This document shows positions 1 to 9,741 of a DNA stretch of 64,000 bases, one piece after another. Origin of the DNA: an uncultured bacterium (GTDB taxonomy: Bacteria; Krumholzibacteriota; Krumholzibacteriia; JACNKJ01); assembly GCA_963695095.1 (NCBI GenBank), contig CAVOFT010000001.1, forward strand, positions 3,200,001 through 3,264,000, written 5' to 3'. Position numbers and translations under genes: made by a program. Numbering within the stretch: position 1 is the stretch's first letter; the number at the start of each line of letters is the position of its first letter. The notes beneath the pieces are model-generated. The model was not told the origin of the DNA, searched no databases, and saw only the letters and a list, made by a program, of their open reading frames with translations.

Positions 1-179
1 AGGGGGCTGTCGCCCTCGTCGCCCTCGGCGCCCATTGCGAAACGCCCGCCGGGGATGGCGACCATTCCCGGCGGCGGGGTGCCGGCCGCGGGTCCGGCGG
101 GGGGCAGGGACCAGGCGGCCCGGGGCGCAACCTCGAGGGCCGCCAGCAGCAGGAGGGCCGGCCAGGGGGTTCCGGACAT
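1..179 (-). CDS. Formylglycine-generating enzyme (SUMF1/FGE-sulfatase) domain protein, 5' part only (runs off window)
   Basis: Own translation from ATG 179 (AGGAG RBS upstream): MSGTPWPALLLLAALE...PPPGMVAIPGGRFAMGAEGDEGDSP. Signal-like N-terminus plus the typical MVxIPGGxFxMG start of FGE domains. Confidence 0.75.
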   Translation of the reverse strand, partial: MSGTPWPALLLLAALEVAPRAAWSLPPAGPAAGTPPPGMVAIPGGRFAMGAEGDEGDSP

Positions 180-235
180 GCTCGTCTCCTCGCGCTCGGG
201 TGGCGCGAGCAGCATACACCCAGGGCCTGCTCTTG

Positions 236-1030
236 TCAGTCGCTTTGGCGGGCGAGCCATTCGTCGAGCTGAGCGAAGAAGTCCACGCGTGCAAACCGCT
301 CCCGCCAGGGGTAGTGGCCGCAGCGCGCGAACTCCCGGTACTCGAGCTGGGGCAGATAGGGAAGCAGGCTGTCTCGAATCAAGGGCCCGGGGTGGGGATC
401 CTCCGCGCCGTGCAGCATGAGCACGGGACAGCGAATCACGGCGAAAGCGGCGGGATAGACGCCCGCCGCCTGCAGGCGCAGCATATCGGCCCAGGTATCG
501 GCGTGGGCGCGCGCATCGAGCGCAGCGTGACTGGTCTCGGGGACCAGATCGACGCCGAAGGCCCTGTCGAAGCGCTCGGCCTTGGCGAGGAGCCGCCTTT
601 CGGGATCGGCCTCGTCGCGCTCCAGGGCCGCGAGCTCGGCGAGAAAGCCCTGGCCGCCGCGCCGCTCGAGCGCGAGCAGGTACTCCCCGCGCGCAGCTCG
701 ATCGAAGGTGCCACAGCCGACGAGGACCAGAGGGCCGAAGGCTTCGGGATCGGCGGCGGCCGCGGCCAGGGCCAGCATGGCGCCCCAGGAGTGACCAACG
801 AGGGCCGGCCGCTCGCCCGGGCACTCGGCGGCGGCGAGCGCCCGCAGATCCGCCACGTGCTGATCGACGGTGAGCGGACCGCCGTCCTCCGCGCCGCGCT
901 GCCAGGGCTCGAGCACGCGGAAGCTCGCGGCGAGACCGCGGGCGAGCCCCGACGCCGAGCCCCGCGCGCCGGGCCCGCCGTGGAGCACGATCAGGTGGGG
1001 TCCGGCCTCGCCGTGGCGATCGAGTCTCAA
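236..1030 (-). CDS. Alpha/beta fold hydrolase
   Basis: LHGGPG oxyanion motif, GHSWG nucleophile elbow, HGAEDP and CGHYPW catalytic Asp/His motifs. Confidence 0.9.
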   Translation of the reverse strand: MRLDRHGEAGPHLIVLHGGPGARGSASGLARGLAASFRVLEPWQRGAEDGGPLTVDQHVADLRALAAAECPGERPALVGHSWGAMLALAAAAADPEAFGPLVLVGCGTFDRAARGEYLLALERRGGQGFLAELAALERDEADPERRLLAKAERFDRAFGVDLVPETSHAALDARAHADTWADMLRLQAAGVYPAAFAVIRCPVLMLHGAEDPHPGPLIRDSLLPYLPQLEYREFARCGHYPWRERFARVDFFAQLDEWLARQSD

Positions 1031-1323
1031 CGCAGGTCCAGCTCGATCCCGCCCACGAGCCGCGCCAGCCCGTTGTAGATGGCCGAGCCCACCACGCCGA
1101 TCAGGAAACCCAGCGCTCCGTAGAGCAGCGGCATCATGATCAGCGCGCCCAGGCCCAGGAAGGCGGCCACGAAGGGGCCGGGCAGGTTCTTGTCCGCGAG
1201 GGCGGCGAAGAGGCCCAGCGTGGCGAAGAGCGAGACGAAGCAGCCGGCGATGAAGCCGATGCAGGCATAGAGCAGGGCAAGCACCTTGCCGGCCGACAGC
1301 ACGCCGATGCGCTTGAGGACCAT
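1027..1323 (-). CDS. Small membrane protein (DUF3566-like)
   Basis: ATG 1323 with GGAGG RBS; two hydrophobic segments; ends YNGLARLVGGIELDL. Confidence 0.7.
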   Translation of the reverse strand: MVLKRIGVLSAGKVLALLYACIGFIAGCFVSLFATLGLFAALADKNLPGPFVAAFLGLGALIMMPLLYGALGFLIGVVGSAIYNGLARLVGGIELDLR

Positions 1324-1442
1324 GATCGCCTCCGGGCTTGGGGTCTGGGAAGATCTCTGGATCGGAACGCCCACTCTACAGGCGGAGGGCCCTCCGATTC
1401 AAAGGCCCAGGCAGGCGTGGATGGCATCGAAAGCCCGGGACA

Positions 1443-2873
1443 TCACTCGCGTGAGGCGCCTCTCGCCTTGGCCGCCCGCCCGGCCGGGGCCAGGCCGCAG
1501 GCGGCGAGCAGGGCGGGCACGTCGGCCACCGGTTGCACGGCGCCGGCCGGCAGATCCTTGCCGAGGGTGGCCGTGGCCGCCACGAGCACGCGCTCGAAGC
1601 CCAGGCGCAGGGCCTCGTGGCAGCGCTCTTCCAGATGGCTGCCCGGGCGCAGGTTGCCGCGCAGGCCCACTTCGCCGAGCACGAGCGTGGCGTCCGGTAG
1701 CGACCGGCCGGCGAAGCCCGAGGCCAGGGCCAGCAGCAGCGCGGCGTCCGTGGCCGGGTCGTCCAGGCGCAGGCCGCCGGCCACGCTGACGAAGAGGTCG
1801 CTGCCGCCGAGTTCGAGACCCGCGCTCCTCTCGAGCACGGCGACGAGCAGGGAGACCCGCCGCGGGTCCACGCCCTGCACCACGCGCGCCGGCGTGCCGT
1901 AGCGCGGCGCGCTCACCAGGGTCTGTAGCTCCACGGCCAGGGGCCGCGTGCCCGTGAAGGTGACGGTGACGGCCGAGCCCAGCTCGCCCTTCAGATGCCG
2001 GCCGCCGAGGAAGCCGGCCGGGTCCTCGACCGCGATGAGGCCGGCGCCGGTCATCTCGAAGAGGGCGATCTCGTGCGTGGGGCCAAAGCGGTTCTTCACC
2101 GCGCGCAGGATGCGGCCCAGGCCCGCCTCCTCGCCCTCGAAGTAGAAGACGGCGTCCACCATGTGCTCGAGCAGGCGCGGGCCGGCGATCTGGCCCTCCT
2201 TGGTGACGTGGCCGATGAGCACCAGCGGAAAGCCGCGCTCCTTGGCCGCGCGGCTGAGCACCTGCGTGACGTGGCGCACCTGCGTGACCGAACCCGTGGC
2301 GGCCTCGAGCTCGGCGTCGCCAAGGGTCTGCACGGAGTCGAGCACGACCAGCGCCGGCGCGAGCTGCTCGATGGCCGCCAGCACCGGCGCCAGCTCGGTG
2401 GCGGCCAGGAAGTAGAGGGCCGGCGCGAGGGCGCCCAGGCGCTCGGCGCGCAGGCGCACCTGGCCGGGGCTCTCCTCGCCGCTCACGTAGAGCACGGGCT
2501 GGCGGCTCACGCCGGCCATGGCCTGCGCAGCCTGGAGCAGCAGGGTGGACTTGCCGATGCCGGGGTCGCCGCCCACCAGCAGCACGGAACCCGGCACGAA
2601 GCCGCCGCCGAGGACGCGGTCCAGTTCGGGAATGCCGCTGGCCAGGCGGCGGCTGGCGTCCAGGGGCAGCTCGGCCAGGGGGCGGGGCACCGCCGCGGGG
2701 CCGATCGTCGCCTGCACGGCGCTGCGCGGGCCACGGGCGGCGGCCTCCTTGCCGATCACGCGGGCCAGCTCGGTGAGGCTGTCCCAGGCGCCGCAGTGCG
2801 GGCAGCGGCCCAGCCAGGTGGCGCTCTCGGTGCCGCACTCCTTGCAGAGGAAACGCGTGTTCTTTCTGGCCAT
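1443..2873 (-). CDS. radA: DNA repair protein RadA/Sms
   Basis: CxxC..CxxC zinc finger, GGDPGIGKSTL Walker A, KNRFG motif, Lon-like C-terminal domain (GEVGLRG). Confidence 0.97.
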   Translation of the reverse strand: MARKNTRFLCKECGTESATWLGRCPHCGAWDSLTELARVIGKEAAARGPRSAVQATIGPAAVPRPLAELPLDASRRLASGIPELDRVLGGGFVPGSVLLVGGDPGIGKSTLLLQAAQAMAGVSRQPVLYVSGEESPGQVRLRAERLGALAPALYFLAATELAPVLAAIEQLAPALVVLDSVQTLGDAELEAATGSVTQVRHVTQVLSRAAKERGFPLVLIGHVTKEGQIAGPRLLEHMVDAVFYFEGEEAGLGRILRAVKNRFGPTHEIALFEMTGAGLIAVEDPAGFLGGRHLKGELGSAVTVTFTGTRPLAVELQTLVSAPRYGTPARVVQGVDPRRVSLLVAVLERSAGLELGGSDLFVSVAGGLRLDDPATDAALLLALASGFAGRSLPDATLVLGEVGLRGNLRPGSHLEERCHEALRLGFERVLVAATATLGKDLPAGAVQPVADVPALLAACGLAPAGRAAKARGASRE

Positions 2874-3002
2874 GGGCACATCCTAGCACAGGCGCGCGCG
2901 CAGGGAACAGGGACCTCGCTTGCCCGCATGGCGCGCGGGCTGCTATCCTACCGGGGTCACGGCCCCGGGCTCCTGCCCGGCGGCCCTCTCGAGAGATCGT
3001 GG

Positions 3003-5636
3003 ATGCCGACGAGCAAGCCGACGCGCCCCCCTCACCGCCGGCTCGCGACCCGGGCCCTCCGGATCGCGCTGGGCATTGCCTTGCTCGGCAGCCTCTGGCT
3101 CGGCCCTGCCGGGCGCGCCGCCGCCCTGCCCCCGCACAGCGAGCAGCATCCGCGCCTGCTCTTCGGCGCCGGCGAGGAGGCCGCCCTCTACGCGGATATC
3201 CAGGCGGATCCAGTGCGCGCGCAGGTCTGGCAGGAGGCCCGAAACGGGGCCTTCGTGCTCGTCACCTGGGATCCCGCCACCCTGCTCGACTACTACTATG
3301 GCTACACCTACATCGAGCAGCTGTCGCTGCTGTCGACACTGGATCCCGGGCCGGCCGCCCTCGACGATGCCCGCGCCGTCATCGATGCGCTCATCTGGCA
3401 GTGCGATACCTACGACGTCGAGCTGGACGGCTTCCTGGCCACGCTCGCGCCGACCCTGCGCCTGCACAACCTGGCCTGGGGCTACGACCTCGCCGGCTGG
3501 GCGGCCACCGAGCCCGAGCGCGAGCAGATCGCCGACGAGATGCTGCTCTACCTCGGCGTCATGGCCACGGACTTCGAGTTCACGCGCTTCCTCTACAACC
3601 CCTACGTCAGCAACAAGGGCATCTCGATCGGGGCGATGATGATGCTCGCCGTGCTCGCCCTCGACGCGGACCTGCCGGGCAGCCCGGAGCTGGCCGCGGC
3701 CCGCGCCGCCGCCGAGCAGTACCTGGGCTTCGGGCTCGGCCAGATGTACAGCGCCGACGGCATCTACCGCGAGGGCCTGGGCTATCAGGTCTGGGCGATG
3801 CGCACGCTGCTGCCCACCTGGCGCGCGCTGGATCGCCTCGAGGGCCGGCCCTGGGATCCCGCCTTGCTCGAGGGGGTGCTCGAGGCCGTGGCCTACCAGA
3901 GCCTGGAGCTGGGCGGGGGGCGCTTCCTCAACCGGAACGACCACAACACGCAGGACTTCATCGTCGGCCGCCACCACAGCCTCTTCGAGTTCGGCACCCG
4001 CTTCGCCCCCGATCCCGACTTCGCGCGCTGGCTCCTGCGCCGCGCCTCGGGCGATCTCGGCCACGGCTGGGGCTTCTTCAGCGACCCCGTCGCCACCCTG
4101 CTCTGGCACGCGAGCGGAGCGGAAAAGGCTCCCGCGCTGCCCGCCAGCCGCTTCTTCGCCGAGGCGGGCTTCTGGGTGCACCGGGTCGGCTGGCCGGGTG
4201 ATCCGCTGCCCGAGACCTTCATGGTCACGCTCGAGGCCTGCGAGTTCCGCGGCGGGCACTATCAGGAGGACGTCGGCCAGTTCACCCTGCGCGCCTTCGG
4301 TCACGGCTTCGCGCTGGACAACGGCGCCGGCAATCCGGCCAAGGAGACGCGGGCGCACAACCTGCCCGTGGTCGGCGGGCGCGGGCAGCACAATGCGGGC
4401 AGCTCCATCGGCACGGACGGCAAGCTGCGCCGCGCGATCGCCGGCCCCCGCTGGGAGCTGCTGCGCGCCGACATGACGGCGGCCTACAGCACCTACTCGC
4501 CCTTCAACGCGCCGGACTGGCCGCTGGAGGGCATCGACTGGTCCTGGGGCTACGACGGCGGCAATCCCATGCGCCGCGCGCTGCGCGAGCTGCTGCTCCT
4601 CGCCGGCGCGCCGGGCGAGCCGCCCACGGTCTTCCTGCGCGATCGCCTGGAGCCCGAGCCCGCCGCGCTGCAGCGCATCGACTGGCGCGTGCATATGGAT
4701 CAGGATCTCGCCATCGCGCAGAGTGCACCCGGCCTCTGGTACGCCGCGGGCGCGAATGGCAGCCTGCGCCTGCAGCTCCACGGCGCGGAGGCGGCGCTCG
4801 TCGACTGGGGCGAGAGCCTCTTCGACAACCAGAACGTGGATCCCGATAGCCGCGTCTTCACGGCGGGGCTGACGGCCACCCAGGCGGACTTCCTCTGGCA
4901 GCTCACGCCGCTGGCGCCGGGCGCGGCCGAGCCGGTGGTGGTCTCCGAGAACCTCCTCGACGGCCGGCGCCTCGTGATCACGGACGGCGCCCGCGAGCGC
5001 AGGCTGCTGGTCGCGGCCGGCGAGCGGCCCTTCATCGTGGATGACACGCTGCTGGAGGGCGACTGGGGTTTGATCGAGCGCGAGGGCGCGGCCACGCGCA
5101 CCCTGCTCGTGGACGGCACGCGGCTCGTCGAGAGCGGCACGCCGCTCATCGAGCTCAGCGCGCGCGCCTCGGCCGGCTGCGAGGGCGACACGGTGCGCCT
5201 GTCCTGCTACGTGCCGGTGTTCCGCATCTGGGCGCCGGAGGCGGTGGCGGTGCTCGCGGCCGATAGCCCGGTGGCCTTCGGGCGCGATGGTGAGTACGTC
5301 TACGGACCCCCGCCCGCGGAAGAGCCGCCGCCTGCCGGCGCCAACGAGAGTGCTCGCCTGCGCGCCTGGCCCAATCCGAGCAGCGCTCCCGTGCAGTTCG
5401 CACTCGCGCCATCGGCCACGGGCCCCCTGCGCCTGGAGATCTTCGACCTCCGCGGCCGGCGCCTCTGCGCGCGCATGATCGATGCCGGCCTCGGCGCCGG
5501 CAGCGACGAGGAGCGCGCGCTGAGCTGGTCGGGCTGCGACGAGGAGGGCGAGCCCGTGCCCAGCGGCGTCTACCTCGCCCGCGCCACGGCGGGCGGCGCC
5601 AGCACGAGCACGAAGTTCGTGCTCCTTAGGCGCTAA
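3003..5636 (+). CDS. Secreted heparinase II/III-like (polysaccharide lyase-like) protein with C-terminal FlgD-Ig/T9SS-like domain
   Basis: Signal peptide; HPRLLF; DGIYREGLGY; GHYQEDVGQF...LDNG...TRAHN; C-terminal WPNP...IFDLRGRRL...SGVYLAR. Start is approximate. Confidence 0.7.
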   Translation: MPTSKPTRPPHRRLATRALRIALGIALLGSLWLGPAGRAAALPPHSEQHPRLLFGAGEEAALYADIQADPVRAQVWQEARNGAFVLVTWDPATLLDYYYGYTYIEQLSLLSTLDPGPAALDDARAVIDALIWQCDTYDVELDGFLATLAPTLRLHNLAWGYDLAGWAATEPEREQIADEMLLYLGVMATDFEFTRFLYNPYVSNKGISIGAMMMLAVLALDADLPGSPELAAARAAAEQYLGFGLGQMYSADGIYREGLGYQVWAMRTLLPTWRALDRLEGRPWDPALLEGVLEAVAYQSLELGGGRFLNRNDHNTQDFIVGRHHSLFEFGTRFAPDPDFARWLLRRASGDLGHGWGFFSDPVATLLWHASGAEKAPALPASRFFAEAGFWVHRVGWPGDPLPETFMVTLEACEFRGGHYQEDVGQFTLRAFGHGFALDNGAGNPAKETRAHNLPVVGGRGQHNAGSSIGTDGKLRRAIAGPRWELLRADMTAAYSTYSPFNAPDWPLEGIDWSWGYDGGNPMRRALRELLLLAGAPGEPPTVFLRDRLEPEPAALQRIDWRVHMDQDLAIAQSAPGLWYAAGANGSLRLQLHGAEAALVDWGESLFDNQNVDPDSRVFTAGLTATQADFLWQLTPLAPGAAEPVVVSENLLDGRRLVITDGARERRLLVAAGERPFIVDDTLLEGDWGLIEREGAATRTLLVDGTRLVESGTPLIELSARASAGCEGDTVRLSCYVPVFRIWAPEAVAVLAADSPVAFGRDGEYVYGPPPAEEPPPAGANESARLRAWPNPSSAPVQFALAPSATGPLRLEIFDLRGRRLCARMIDAGLGAGSDEERALSWSGCDEEGEPVPSGVYLARATAGGASTSTKFVLLRR

Positions 5637-5718
5637 CTTCCCGATGCTGTGAGCTCGAAGAGAGCCTAGCACCAACTCCGGAGTCGGCGTGGACGAAGGG
5701 GGAAGGTCAGCCGACGAC

Positions 5719-7236
5719 TCAATTGGCGGGGTTGCCCTCGGGATCGACCTTCATCAACAGCAGATCGCCGTCGGCGGAGCCGGTGATGAGGATGCCTCCG
5801 TCCACAGACTCGATGACACCCCAGGCCTGCCCAAACCCCCAGTCCGCGTAGACGCGGTGCCAGAGCGGGTCGCCGGTTGCAGCGAGTCTCACGATCGCCG
5901 GCTCGCCACCAGGGTACTCTGGAGAGCGACCGGCCACAATGAATCCGCCATCGGCACTGGCCGTGGCCGCGTGGGGACGGAAATCCCACTGCTCGTAGAC
6001 TCGATGCCAGGGGATCGATCCGGCCTGGAAACCATAGGGACGATTTCCGTAAGCGGTGGCGCTAAACGTGCCGAACAGCAGGTAGCCATTGCCGGGCGCA
6101 GGCTGGAAGTCGCTGGTCTGGAAGACGCTCTCCGAGGAGTGATTCCAGTTATAGAGTGGGCGGCTAGTGCCTACGACGTTGCCATTGGCGTCATACTCCA
6201 CGAGCCAGACGGCCTGGTAATAGGAACCATCACCCCCAGTGTCGTAGGTGCTTGCTGCGAGGCTGCGGCCGCTCGCCAAGGGAATGATGCCGATGAGGAG
6301 GTCGGAGGTTTCAAAACGAGGCTCGTCGGCTGCATCGTGGTAGAATCCGGGACCATCCTCGAGGCTTTCCCAGCGCGGCGCCCCCAGCGAGTCCAGGCGC
6401 GCCAGATAGAGATCGTCGTGCCAGTACTCGCCACCGAAGGAGTCGATGTCCAGGCGGCGCACGCTCCCACCGAGCAGGATATCCCCGTCCGGCAGCACCG
6501 CCACGCGGGGCAAGTGATCCGCCTTGATGCCACCGTAGTTCCGACCCCAGATCGGCAGGCCGGTGGCGTCGATCTCCACCAGGAAGAGGTCGCTCTCGCC
6601 CAGACCCCAGGACTCCACCGTGCCCGCGATGAAGTAGCCACCCGCGGGGTTCGCGACACCGTGCAGGCCGACCTCGTCCTCAGGACCGCCGATCGTGCGC
6701 TGCCACTCCTCGTTGCCATCGGCATCCGTCTTGATCAGCCAGATGTCGCTGCCGCCGCTGCCGAAGGATGTGGTGCTGCCGACCACGAGGTAGCCGCCGC
6801 CGGGCGCGGCAATCAGATGATAGCCGATCTCGTAGCCCGATCCGCCAAAGACCCGCGTGAAAGCGGAGAGGTCGCTGGCCATCACCCGCAGCGTGAGCCG
6901 GGAGCTGAAGAATTCCGGGTAGTCCTCGCCCAGGTCCCAGCGGAATCCCCTGTCTTGCCCCGGTTCCACGCCGGCGCCGAAGTGGGGGGTCTCCATGCCG
7001 GGCAGGGGCAGAACGCTCTGGACGCTGAGGCTCCAGGTAGCGCCGCCGTCCACGCTGGCAGCGGCGGAAACCGCGACGGTCGCGTTGTCAGGGTCGACGA
7101 GATCGTAGATGACGGCGACCTGCTGACTGCCATCGCGCAACTGCGTGACGCGAACGTTGCTCACCGCCGGCGCAATGGCCTTCACCGGCAAAGGGCTTGC
7201 GGCGAGAACGGCTGCGATAATGAGCAGATGGCGCAT
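5719..7236 (-). CDS. Secreted protein: N-terminal Ig-like domain (PAVSNVRVTQLRDGS) plus beta-propeller-like repeats
   Basis: Signal peptide; repeated DGGY/F-x-x-x-G...DIWLIKTDADGNEEWQRT units; locally lower GC. Confidence 0.7.
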   Translation of the reverse strand: MRHLLIIAAVLAASPLPVKAIAPAVSNVRVTQLRDGSQQVAVIYDLVDPDNATVAVSAAASVDGGATWSLSVQSVLPLPGMETPHFGAGVEPGQDRGFRWDLGEDYPEFFSSRLTLRVMASDLSAFTRVFGGSGYEIGYHLIAAPGGGYLVVGSTTSFGSGGSDIWLIKTDADGNEEWQRTIGGPEDEVGLHGVANPAGGYFIAGTVESWGLGESDLFLVEIDATGLPIWGRNYGGIKADHLPRVAVLPDGDILLGGSVRRLDIDSFGGEYWHDDLYLARLDSLGAPRWESLEDGPGFYHDAADEPRFETSDLLIGIIPLASGRSLAASTYDTGGDGSYYQAVWLVEYDANGNVVGTSRPLYNWNHSSESVFQTSDFQPAPGNGYLLFGTFSATAYGNRPYGFQAGSIPWHRVYEQWDFRPHAATASADGGFIVAGRSPEYPGGEPAIVRLAATGDPLWHRVYADWGFGQAWGVIESVDGGILITGSADGDLLLMKVDPEGNPAN

Positions 7237-7243
7237 GTCGCCC

Positions 7244-7957
7244 CTACTTCAGCAGGAGTGCCTTCAGGCTCTGCGTCCCGCCCGGGCACTCGAGTCGGGC
7301 TAGGTAGAGGCCGCTGCTCTGCCCGCGGGCATCCCATGGGCAGGAGTGCCAGCCGGCTGCCAGCGGCCCCGCATGCAGGATTTCGATTCTGCGGCCGCTG
7401 AGCTCGTGCACGGTGACCAGGGCCGATTGGGCCGCGGGCAGGTAGATGCGCAGAGTCGTCTGCGGATTGAACGGATTGGGAAAGCACTCCAATTGCGGAG
7501 TCATCGGAGGCGGCGGCACGTCCGTCCCATCGCCACTTCCGAAGACCGCAAAGCGACCGCTGGTTGCGCTCGCCGCATTGCCGAAGTAGTCGACGACCGA
7601 GACTGACCAGCGCGCGTCCAGGGTGAACAGCGGCCAGACATCGGCAAATCCCAGTGAGTAGTCGGAGCCCGGCTGTGGGGGCGGCGTCCATTCGGCGAAG
7701 AGTTCTTCGCCGTCGAGGAGACGGACAACGATCGGCGCTTGCAGGGGCGGCTCGTCGAAGTCGAGGCTGTCCTCGATCACGCGCCACTGGAGAGCGACGG
7801 ATTCACCGGCGCGGAGGGTGTCGCCGGCCATCGGGAAGATCAACTCGATCTCGGGTAGGCGAGTGTCTACCGCGCAGGGCGCGCCATCCCCCCAGCCCAC
7901 CGCCGCCATCGCGACACTGGGGATGATGATCCCGACGATTCCCAGAAGTCGGCGCAC
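7244..7957 (-). CDS. Secreted Ig-like protein with FlgD-Ig/T9SS-like C-terminal domain
   Basis: Probable GTG start 7957 (MRRLLGIVGIIIPSVAMA signal); C-terminal FPNPFNPQTT...SSGLYLARL...LLLK. Confidence 0.7.
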   Translation of the reverse strand: MRRLLGIVGIIIPSVAMAAVGWGDGAPCAVDTRLPEIELIFPMAGDTLRAGESVALQWRVIEDSLDFDEPPLQAPIVVRLLDGEELFAEWTPPPQPGSDYSLGFADVWPLFTLDARWSVSVVDYFGNAASATSGRFAVFGSGDGTDVPPPPMTPQLECFPNPFNPQTTLRIYLPAAQSALVTVHELSGRRIEILHAGPLAAGWHSCPWDARGQSSGLYLARLECPGGTQSLKALLLK

Positions 7958-8103
7958 CGGCCACCCCGCATGTACTCCAGCATCCCTGCGCAGACACAGT
8001 ATAGACGGCTCCGGCCTGGATGGCAAATCGCTCTGCCTTGCTCCACCTCCCGCCGAACTCGCGGCCGCAGGGCAATCCTCACTGGGGCGCCACGGCCTTC
8101 ACC

Positions 8104-8982
8104 CTAGAACAGCGAGAAGCTGACGAACTTCTTCGGGTTCGCCTTGACCTCGGCGATCAGGCTGTCCAGGCGACCCACGGTGCGCACCAATGAATCGTGC
8201 AGGGCGGGCGAGGCGAGCGCCTTGCCGAGGCTGCCCTCGCCGGCCTCGAGCCCTTCGCTGATTCGGCTCAGGCTCTGGGCGAGCCGCGACAGATCCGTCG
8301 CCAGCGAGTCGGCGCGCAGGGCGGCCTGGCCCAGGTCGGCCACGGTGCGGCTCACGGGCTCGGCATTCTCGTCCAGGAAGCGATCGAAGTTGGCGGTGAG
8401 GCCGTCCACGCGGGCGAGCACGGCGCGGGTCTGCGTGCGGCTCTCGGCCGTCCAGGCGCGCAGCTCGCGCACGCCGCCCTCGAGGTCGCCGGCCAGGCTG
8501 TCCAGGCGGCCGCCCCCGCTCACGCTGTCCAGCCGCGCGGCCAGCGACGACAGGCTGCCCACCAGCTCGGCGCCCTCGCGCATCAGCTGGGCGAAGTCCG
8601 CGCCGCTCTCGCCGCGCAAGCGCGCGCCGGCCTGCACGGCTGCCGTTTCGCGGCCGGGCACGACGCGCAGGGAGGTGGGATCGAAGAGGTCCGTCACCAG
8701 CAGCACGCGCGCATCGGCGCCGATGAAGGTGCCCTCCTCGATCTCGAGCCCCACGCGCACGCGGTCCTGCATCAGCTCCACGCTGCGCACCTTGCCGCGC
8801 ACGACGCCGAGGATCTCCACCGGCGCGCCCGGCTTGAGGCCCGCCACCTGCTCGAACTCCACCGTGAGCGGGAAGGTGGCCACGCTGAACTTGAACTCCT
8901 TGAGGAAGAGCAGCCAGGTGCTCGTGGCCACGATGGCCAGGATGACGAGCAGCCCCACCCGCAGTTCGACGTTGCTTCTCAC
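8104..8982 (-). CDS. mlaD: MCE/MlaD family protein
   Basis: N-terminal TM, VAGLKPGAPVEILGVVRGKV MCE motif, helical C-terminus ending NPKKFVSFSLF. Confidence 0.9.
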   Translation of the reverse strand: MRSNVELRVGLLVILAIVATSTWLLFLKEFKFSVATFPLTVEFEQVAGLKPGAPVEILGVVRGKVRSVELMQDRVRVGLEIEEGTFIGADARVLLVTDLFDPTSLRVVPGRETAAVQAGARLRGESGADFAQLMREGAELVGSLSSLAARLDSVSGGGRLDSLAGDLEGGVRELRAWTAESRTQTRAVLARVDGLTANFDRFLDENAEPVSRTVADLGQAALRADSLATDLSRLAQSLSRISEGLEAGEGSLGKALASPALHDSLVRTVGRLDSLIAEVKANPKKFVSFSLF

Positions 8983-8991
8983 GTGGCCTCC

Positions 8992-9741
8992 CTAACGGAC
9001 CTTGATCGGCCCCTGGCTGCGTCCCTCGATGAACTGGCGCACGAAGGGGTCCTCCGTGGCGCCGAGCTCGGCGGGCGTGCCGGTGAAGATGATGCGCCCC
9101 TCGTAGAGCATGCTGACGCGGTCGGCGATCTTGGTGGCGCTGACCATGTCGTGGGTGACCACCACCGAGGTGATCGCCAGGCGCTTCTGCAGCTCGCGGA
9201 TGAGGTCGTTGATCACGTCCGCCATGATGGGATCGAGCCCCGTGGTCGGCTCGTCGTAGATGACCACGTCCGGGTCCATGGCGATGGCCCGCGCGAGCCC
9301 CACGCGCTTCTTCATGCCGCCCGACAGCTCGGCGGGCTTCTTGTCCTCGATGCCCTCGAGGCCCACCATCGCCAGGCGCTCGCGCACGATGGCGTCGATC
9401 TCCGCCGGCGGCCGCTTCGCGTGCTCGCGCAGGCCGAGGCCGACGTTCTCCCCCACGGTGAGCGAGTCGAAGAGCGCCGCGCCCTGGAAGAGATAGCCGA
9501 AGCGCTGGCGCAGGGCGTAGAGCGCTTCGCCCTTGAGGCCGGTGACCTCCTGGTCATCGAACTTGATGCTGCCCGCGTCGGGATGAATCAGGCCCAGGAG
9601 GTGCTTGACCAGCACGCTCTTGCCGCTGCCGCTCCTGCCGATGATGACCAGGGTCTCGCCGCGCACGATGTCCAGGTCCACGCCCTGCAGCACCGGCTGG
9701 CCGGCGAAGGTTTTGCAGAGCCCCCGCACGCGGATCATCAC
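8992..9741 (-). CDS. mlaF: ABC transporter ATP-binding protein, MlaF/Mkl family
   Basis: GRSGSGKS, LSGGMKKRVGLARA, YDEPTTGLDP. Confidence 0.95.
   Translation of the reverse strand: MMIRVRGLCKTFAGQPVLQGVDLDIVRGETLVIIGRSGSGKSVLVKHLLGLIHPDAGSIKFDDQEVTGLKGEALYALRQRFGYLFQGAALFDSLTVGENVGLGLREHAKRPPAEIDAIVRERLAMVGLEGIEDKKPAELSGGMKKRVGLARAIAMDPDVVIYDEPTTGLDPIMADVINDLIRELQKRLAITSVVVTHDMVSATKIADRVSMLYEGRIIFTGTPAELGATEDPFVRQFIEGRSQGPIKVR

Noticed and set aside
1..179. FGE-domain gene as a diversity-generating retroelement target
   Set aside because: No reverse transcriptase or template repeat in the window; the C-terminus is not visible
1995..3002. N-terminal extension of the 1213-aa ORF
   Set aside because: It overlaps radA antisense; the signal peptide begins only after about 3003
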